Assembly (NCBI GenBank): GCA_051646645.1
Contig: JBOFDD010000141.1
Coordinates: 1-38,433, forward strand
From: Bacteroidales bacterium
GTDB lineage: Bacteria; Bacteroidota; Bacteroidia; Bacteroidales; UBA7332
Length of the DNA stretch: 38,433 nucleotides
Direction of reading: 5' to 3'
Shown: positions 35,063 to 38,433 of the stretch, one piece after another
How the letters are laid out: each line of letters begins with the position of its first letter
How positions within the stretch are numbered: the stretch's first letter is position 1
Position numbers and translations under genes: made by a program
The notes under the pieces: model-generated
Seen by the model: only the letters and a program-made list of their open reading frames with translations
What the model was told of the DNA's origin: nothing
The model's database searches: none

Positions 35063-36967
35063 ATGAAAAATACACTCTCAGTTTTATTAGCCCTTTTCCT
35101 GGTCGCTTGCACTCAAGCGACCCAGGAAAAACCATTATTGCAAGATCAGTTTTCTCAGATTCTCGATATAACTTACTCTCCCGATACTCTTACCGGAGGA
35201 AGAGGGTGGTTTACTGATCAGGGGTCATGGATGGGATTTACTCTTCCTGAAAAAGGAAGTAAAACGATTGGCTTCAGCGGACCTTATGATCTTGAATCAA
35301 GAAGATGGATTTCTCAATCTTTGCTACAGGCTTCTTTTATATTACCAGAACAAAAATCTGTTGATCTGGCGATAGACTCAACAAACTATATCCCCGGAGC
35401 CATACGCCTTACTGCCGGTAATGGATCGGATTTACGCATGAATCAGGAGATGATGTTTATTGACAAGAATCATGCAATTGTATCATTCTCGACAAATAAA
35501 GATCAGACATGGGTCTTGCATGGCAAGCTATTATCTGAACTACAAACACTTCATAAAGAGAAAGAAAACTTGCTCATTTCTCTTTCAAACGGAGAGATTC
35601 TGGCTCTTTCTTTTGAAGGTGATGTGAAAATAGAGACAAACGGAAAGGAATATACGGCTACTTCGGATAAGAAAAAACAAACTTACGCCGTGATTTCCTA
35701 TTTCAATCATAAAAAAGAGTTAGTTGCCGGACTACAAAAAGCTGCTCAGATCATTGCCTCTCCGGAGAGTTATATAAAGGATCAGCGGAAAAAGTGGAAT
35801 GACTATCTCGAAGCGGTTATTCGCCCCGAACTTCCGGAACAATACAATAGAATTGCAGCTAAATCAGTTGTGACACTTATGTCAAACTGGAGAAGCGCGA
35901 AAGGTGGATTATTACATGATGGCGTCGTACCATCGCATGCTGTTGGATATTTTGTTGGATTTTGGGCATGGGACTCCTGGAAACATGCTTATGCACTGGC
36001 TAAAATTGCTCCTTCACTGGCAAAAGATCAGATACGTACCATGTTTGATTATCAAACACCGGACGGAATGGTCATTGACTGTATCTATACAAACAGCGAA
36101 GAGAACAATCCGAGAGACAGTAAGCCTCCTTTGGCTGCATGGGCTGTCAACCGGATCTATGATGAAACAAAGGATACGGCTTTTGTAAAAGAGATTTACC
36201 CTCAACTGGTTAAATATCACAACTGGTGGTACGAAAACAGAGATCATAACGGAAATGAGATTTGTGAATTCGGGTCGGTTGATGGAACAGAAGAGGCTGC
36301 CAAATGGGAAAGCGGAATGGATAATGCGATCCGTTTTGATGAAGCTACAATGGTAAAAAACAACGATCAGGCATGGAGCTTCAATCAGGAATCAGTAGAC
36401 CTGAATGCTTTTCTGATCTTCGAAAAGCAACTGCTTCGTAAACTTGCTCCCGTTGCAGGGATGAATCTGGAGATTAAGGGTTCGCCGGACGAGAATGTGA
36501 ACTACTTCTTCGACGAAAAAGATAAATTCTTTTATGACAAAGGACTTAAAGGTGAGTTCATCCGCGAGCAAGGCTCTGAATCGTATATCCCTTTGTGGGC
36601 AGGAATCGCTTCTCAGGCTCAGGCTGACAATGCTATGAATGTGTTCAAAGACACAAGCAAGTTTTCAACCTATATACCATTCCCCACAGTTGCTGCCGAC
36701 AATCCAAAGTTTATGCCTAAAGGCTACTGGCGCGGTCCGATCTGGCTGGATCAGGTATACTTCGGCATTAATGGTATACGCAACTACGGATATAAAACGG
36801 AAGCTGATACTTATACCGAACAGGTATTTGATCGTCTTGATGGATTACAGGGCACTGCTCCTATTCATGAAAATTATGGTACACATACAGGAGAGAGACT
36901 AAAAGCGCCTCATTTCAGCTGGTCTGCAGCTCACCTGCTTATGTTGTTCGAAGAATATAAAAACTAA
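35063..36967 (+). CDS. GH63-family (YgjK-like) alpha-glucosidase, lipoprotein
   Basis: Lipoprotein signal LALFLVAC. FWAWDSWKHAYALA, KPPLAAWAVNRIY, YPQLVKYHNWWYENRDHNGN, WESGMDNAIRFD, YWRGPIWLDQVYFGINGIRNYGY, PIHENY and APHFSWSAAHLLML are collinear with E. coli YgjK motifs. Confidence 0.8.
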   Translation: MKNTLSVLLALFLVACTQATQEKPLLQDQFSQILDITYSPDTLTGGRGWFTDQGSWMGFTLPEKGSKTIGFSGPYDLESRRWISQSLLQASFILPEQKSVDLAIDSTNYIPGAIRLTAGNGSDLRMNQEMMFIDKNHAIVSFSTNKDQTWVLHGKLLSELQTLHKEKENLLISLSNGEILALSFEGDVKIETNGKEYTATSDKKKQTYAVISYFNHKKELVAGLQKAAQIIASPESYIKDQRKKWNDYLEAVIRPELPEQYNRIAAKSVVTLMSNWRSAKGGLLHDGVVPSHAVGYFVGFWAWDSWKHAYALAKIAPSLAKDQIRTMFDYQTPDGMVIDCIYTNSEENNPRDSKPPLAAWAVNRIYDETKDTAFVKEIYPQLVKYHNWWYENRDHNGNEICEFGSVDGTEEAAKWESGMDNAIRFDEATMVKNNDQAWSFNQESVDLNAFLIFEKQLLRKLAPVAGMNLEIKGSPDENVNYFFDEKDKFFYDKGLKGEFIREQGSESYIPLWAGIASQAQADNAMNVFKDTSKFSTYIPFPTVAADNPKFMPKGYWRGPIWLDQVYFGINGIRNYGYKTEADTYTEQVFDRLDGLQGTAPIHENYGTHTGERLKAPHFSWSAAHLLMLFEEYKN

Positions 36968-36976
36968 GAATACAAG

Positions 36977-37010
36977 GGTCACTCGTTCGAATCGAGTGGC
37001 CTTTTTTATT
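36977..37010 (+). terminator. Rho-independent terminator at the end of PUL-2
   Basis: GGTCACTCG (36977-36985) pairs with CGAGTGGCC (36993-37001), with one G-U pair and a 7-nt loop. Followed by TTTTTTATT. Confidence 0.75.
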
Positions 37011-37124
37011 CTCAACTCTCCGGTCTTACTGTTTTCAGGAATATGATGAGTCAGATCGGTATGAGAAAGAGCCGGTTTCCGTTAATATTGTGTATAGAAT
37101 GCTCTATGATTTCAGTACTATTTC

Positions 37125-37132
37125 TATCTTTG
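37125..37132 (+). promoter_or_regulatory. Candidate -7 promoter box (TATCTTTG) for the terminal partial ORF
   Basis: Exact TAnnTTTG match 15 nt upstream of the ATG at 37148, which implies a very short leader. Confidence 0.4.
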
Positions 37133-37147
37133 CAAAAAAACTATAAC

Positions 37148-38433
37148 ATGAATACTTCTATATTTTCACGGACAAACTGCCAACAGATATTAGATAAGCT
37201 CTCCAATGAGGAGGTACGTTTTCTTAAAATCCTTGCTTTCATCCTTTATCCTGTTGATGAACAGCTTGTTTTTATATTAACCAAGCATCTCAATCAACAA
37301 AAAAAGGAGTTGATCGCTATTTTAAATATGCTGGAAAAGAATGAACTGGTAACGAGTCACGAAAAAGTGTTTAGTCATCAAAAAAAAGAATACGAACTTC
37401 ATCCCGGATTAATTACGGAACTTTATATCCGGGCAGCTAAAGACACATCAAAACAAACAATTGAGAACGAAAGATTAGCATCCCTTTTTCAGTGGAACCA
37501 CAATTCGGATAAAAACTCAGCACTTAAAAACCGGAAGTGTTTACTTTCCTTTTTAACCAAAGGGAATATTCATCCTTTAGATTTCCATAAACTTTTCTGG
37601 CATGATCATGACTGGCCTGCACTCATCATGTCCTGGTTTGATTTTGAAGAGTTAACCCCTCTATTACAGCAGCTCCCAGATGAGCTAATCTGTCTTTTGT
37701 TTGACAAATTCTTTGAGGATTTTACAGATCGCCTTATTGATCGCACCAAAGAGTTTGATCTTCTTATAACCAACAATTCTTACCTGGATAAAGAACTAAA
37801 AGTAAAGCTTGAAAGCGTACTTATTCTTACCAAATATATTTTCAGAGGCGAACTGAATAAAGCTTCAGAAAATATAAACATAAAACATTATGGGGGAATG
37901 CTCGCATACGCATTTATGCTTCAGTCAAAAGGACAATTTGAAGAAGCTGTTTTGTTTTATGAGAAAGCGCATAAAAACTTCCCCGGATCTTTTCCTACTA
38001 ATATTCCGTTTTATGACTTTTGCTATATAACCGCTTTAATGCGAAGTAACACGGAAAAGACAAAAAAGAAATTACTGACACTTTCGAAGAAAAAGGATAT
38101 TAACGATTCTTCGAGAGACTATATGGTTCTGAATGCTTTGATTGATATTGCCACGAACATTAATTACGACAAAAAAGGAAATCCGAAGTTGAAAATAATA
38201 GCCCGGACTCCCGTTACTTGTCTACTTGGGGAATATCTGCTTTGTCATTACAATCTTAAAAACAGTAATGATCCGGATTTTCATTACCCCAGGTATCTCA
38301 AAGACAAAGATGCATTTAAGATCTTCCAATTTATTCTGGCTTCTGATTTTGATGAATGTAAGCCTATGTATGATAAACTCAAATCAGAGATAGGATGCGA
38401 AGATATCTTACCTTCTTTCCAAAAAGTAGACCT
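37148..38433 (+). CDS. Hypothetical cytoplasmic protein, 3'-truncated by the window end (at least 428 aa, helical-repeat-like)
   Basis: Not in the supplied ORF track because it has no stop in the window. I translated it by hand from ATG 37148 (MNTSIFSRTNCQQILDKLSNEEVRFLK...) to 38433 without meeting a stop codon. No signal peptide, no TM helix and no motif I can assign. Confidence 0.6.
   Translation, partial: MNTSIFSRTNCQQILDKLSNEEVRFLKILAFILYPVDEQLVFILTKHLNQQKKELIAILNMLEKNELVTSHEKVFSHQKKEYELHPGLITELYIRAAKDTSKQTIENERLASLFQWNHNSDKNSALKNRKCLLSFLTKGNIHPLDFHKLFWHDHDWPALIMSWFDFEELTPLLQQLPDELICLLFDKFFEDFTDRLIDRTKEFDLLITNNSYLDKELKVKLESVLILTKYIFRGELNKASENINIKHYGGMLAYAFMLQSKGQFEEAVLFYEKAHKNFPGSFPTNIPFYDFCYITALMRSNTEKTKKKLLTLSKKKDINDSSRDYMVLNALIDIATNINYDKKGNPKLKIIARTPVTCLLGEYLLCHYNLKNSNDPDFHYPRYLKDKDAFKIFQFILASDFDECKPMYDKLKSEIGCEDILPSFQKVD

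Noticed and set aside
36977-37001. GTTCGAATC string resembling a tRNA T-loop
   Set aside because: It is the loop and stem of a simple hairpin followed by a T-run, i.e. a terminator. No acceptor, D or anticodon arms can be drawn around it.

Overview
AT-rich Bacteroidota (Bacteroidales-like) chromosomal window. Two polysaccharide utilisation loci (PULs) flank a central block of small accessory genes. PUL-1 (minus strand, 2940-13319) has an ECF sigma factor, a FecR-type anti-sigma factor, an STN-domain SusC-like transducer interrupted by a 1-nt frameshift near 9520, a SusD-like lipoprotein, a GH109 alpha-N-acetylgalactosaminidase and a GH110 alpha-1,3-galactosidase. That is a host-glycan / blood-group A and B antigen trimming set. 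PUL-2 (plus strand, 24288-36967) has a membrane-spanning TPR + LuxR-type HTH one-component regulator, a SusC/SusD pair, a split LysO lysine-exporter gene pair, a LacZ-type GH2 beta-galactosidase and a YgjK-like GH63 alpha-glucosidase. Between the PULs lie an alpha/beta hydrolase, two tandem secreted TonB-C-domain paralogs, a divergent UDG-fold protein, two small outer-membrane beta-barrels, a second TPR-TM-HTH regulator, a zinc-ribbon membrane protein and a small redox-type operon (ArsC/Spx-like, GNAT, ferredoxin-nitroreductase). The left flank holds a short adenine deaminase and a porin O/P. The right flank holds a large ORF with its start present that runs off the window end. Two non-coding signals stand out. 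(i) A roughly 600-bp gene-free gap between convergent terminators (17567-18169) contains a 27-bp inverted-repeat clamp around four phased 22-bp direct repeats, plus a cluster of ATACGTAT and GTTGCAGAT/ATCTGCAAC palindromes. (ii) A 182-bp ungapped repeat of about 89% identity occurs once in each PUL, exactly at the boundary between transport genes and glycosidase genes, and carries a conserved 18-bp palindrome. I saw no rRNA, tRNA, CRISPR array, transposase or integrase. All family assignments come from motif recognition by eye and need HMM or BLAST confirmation.
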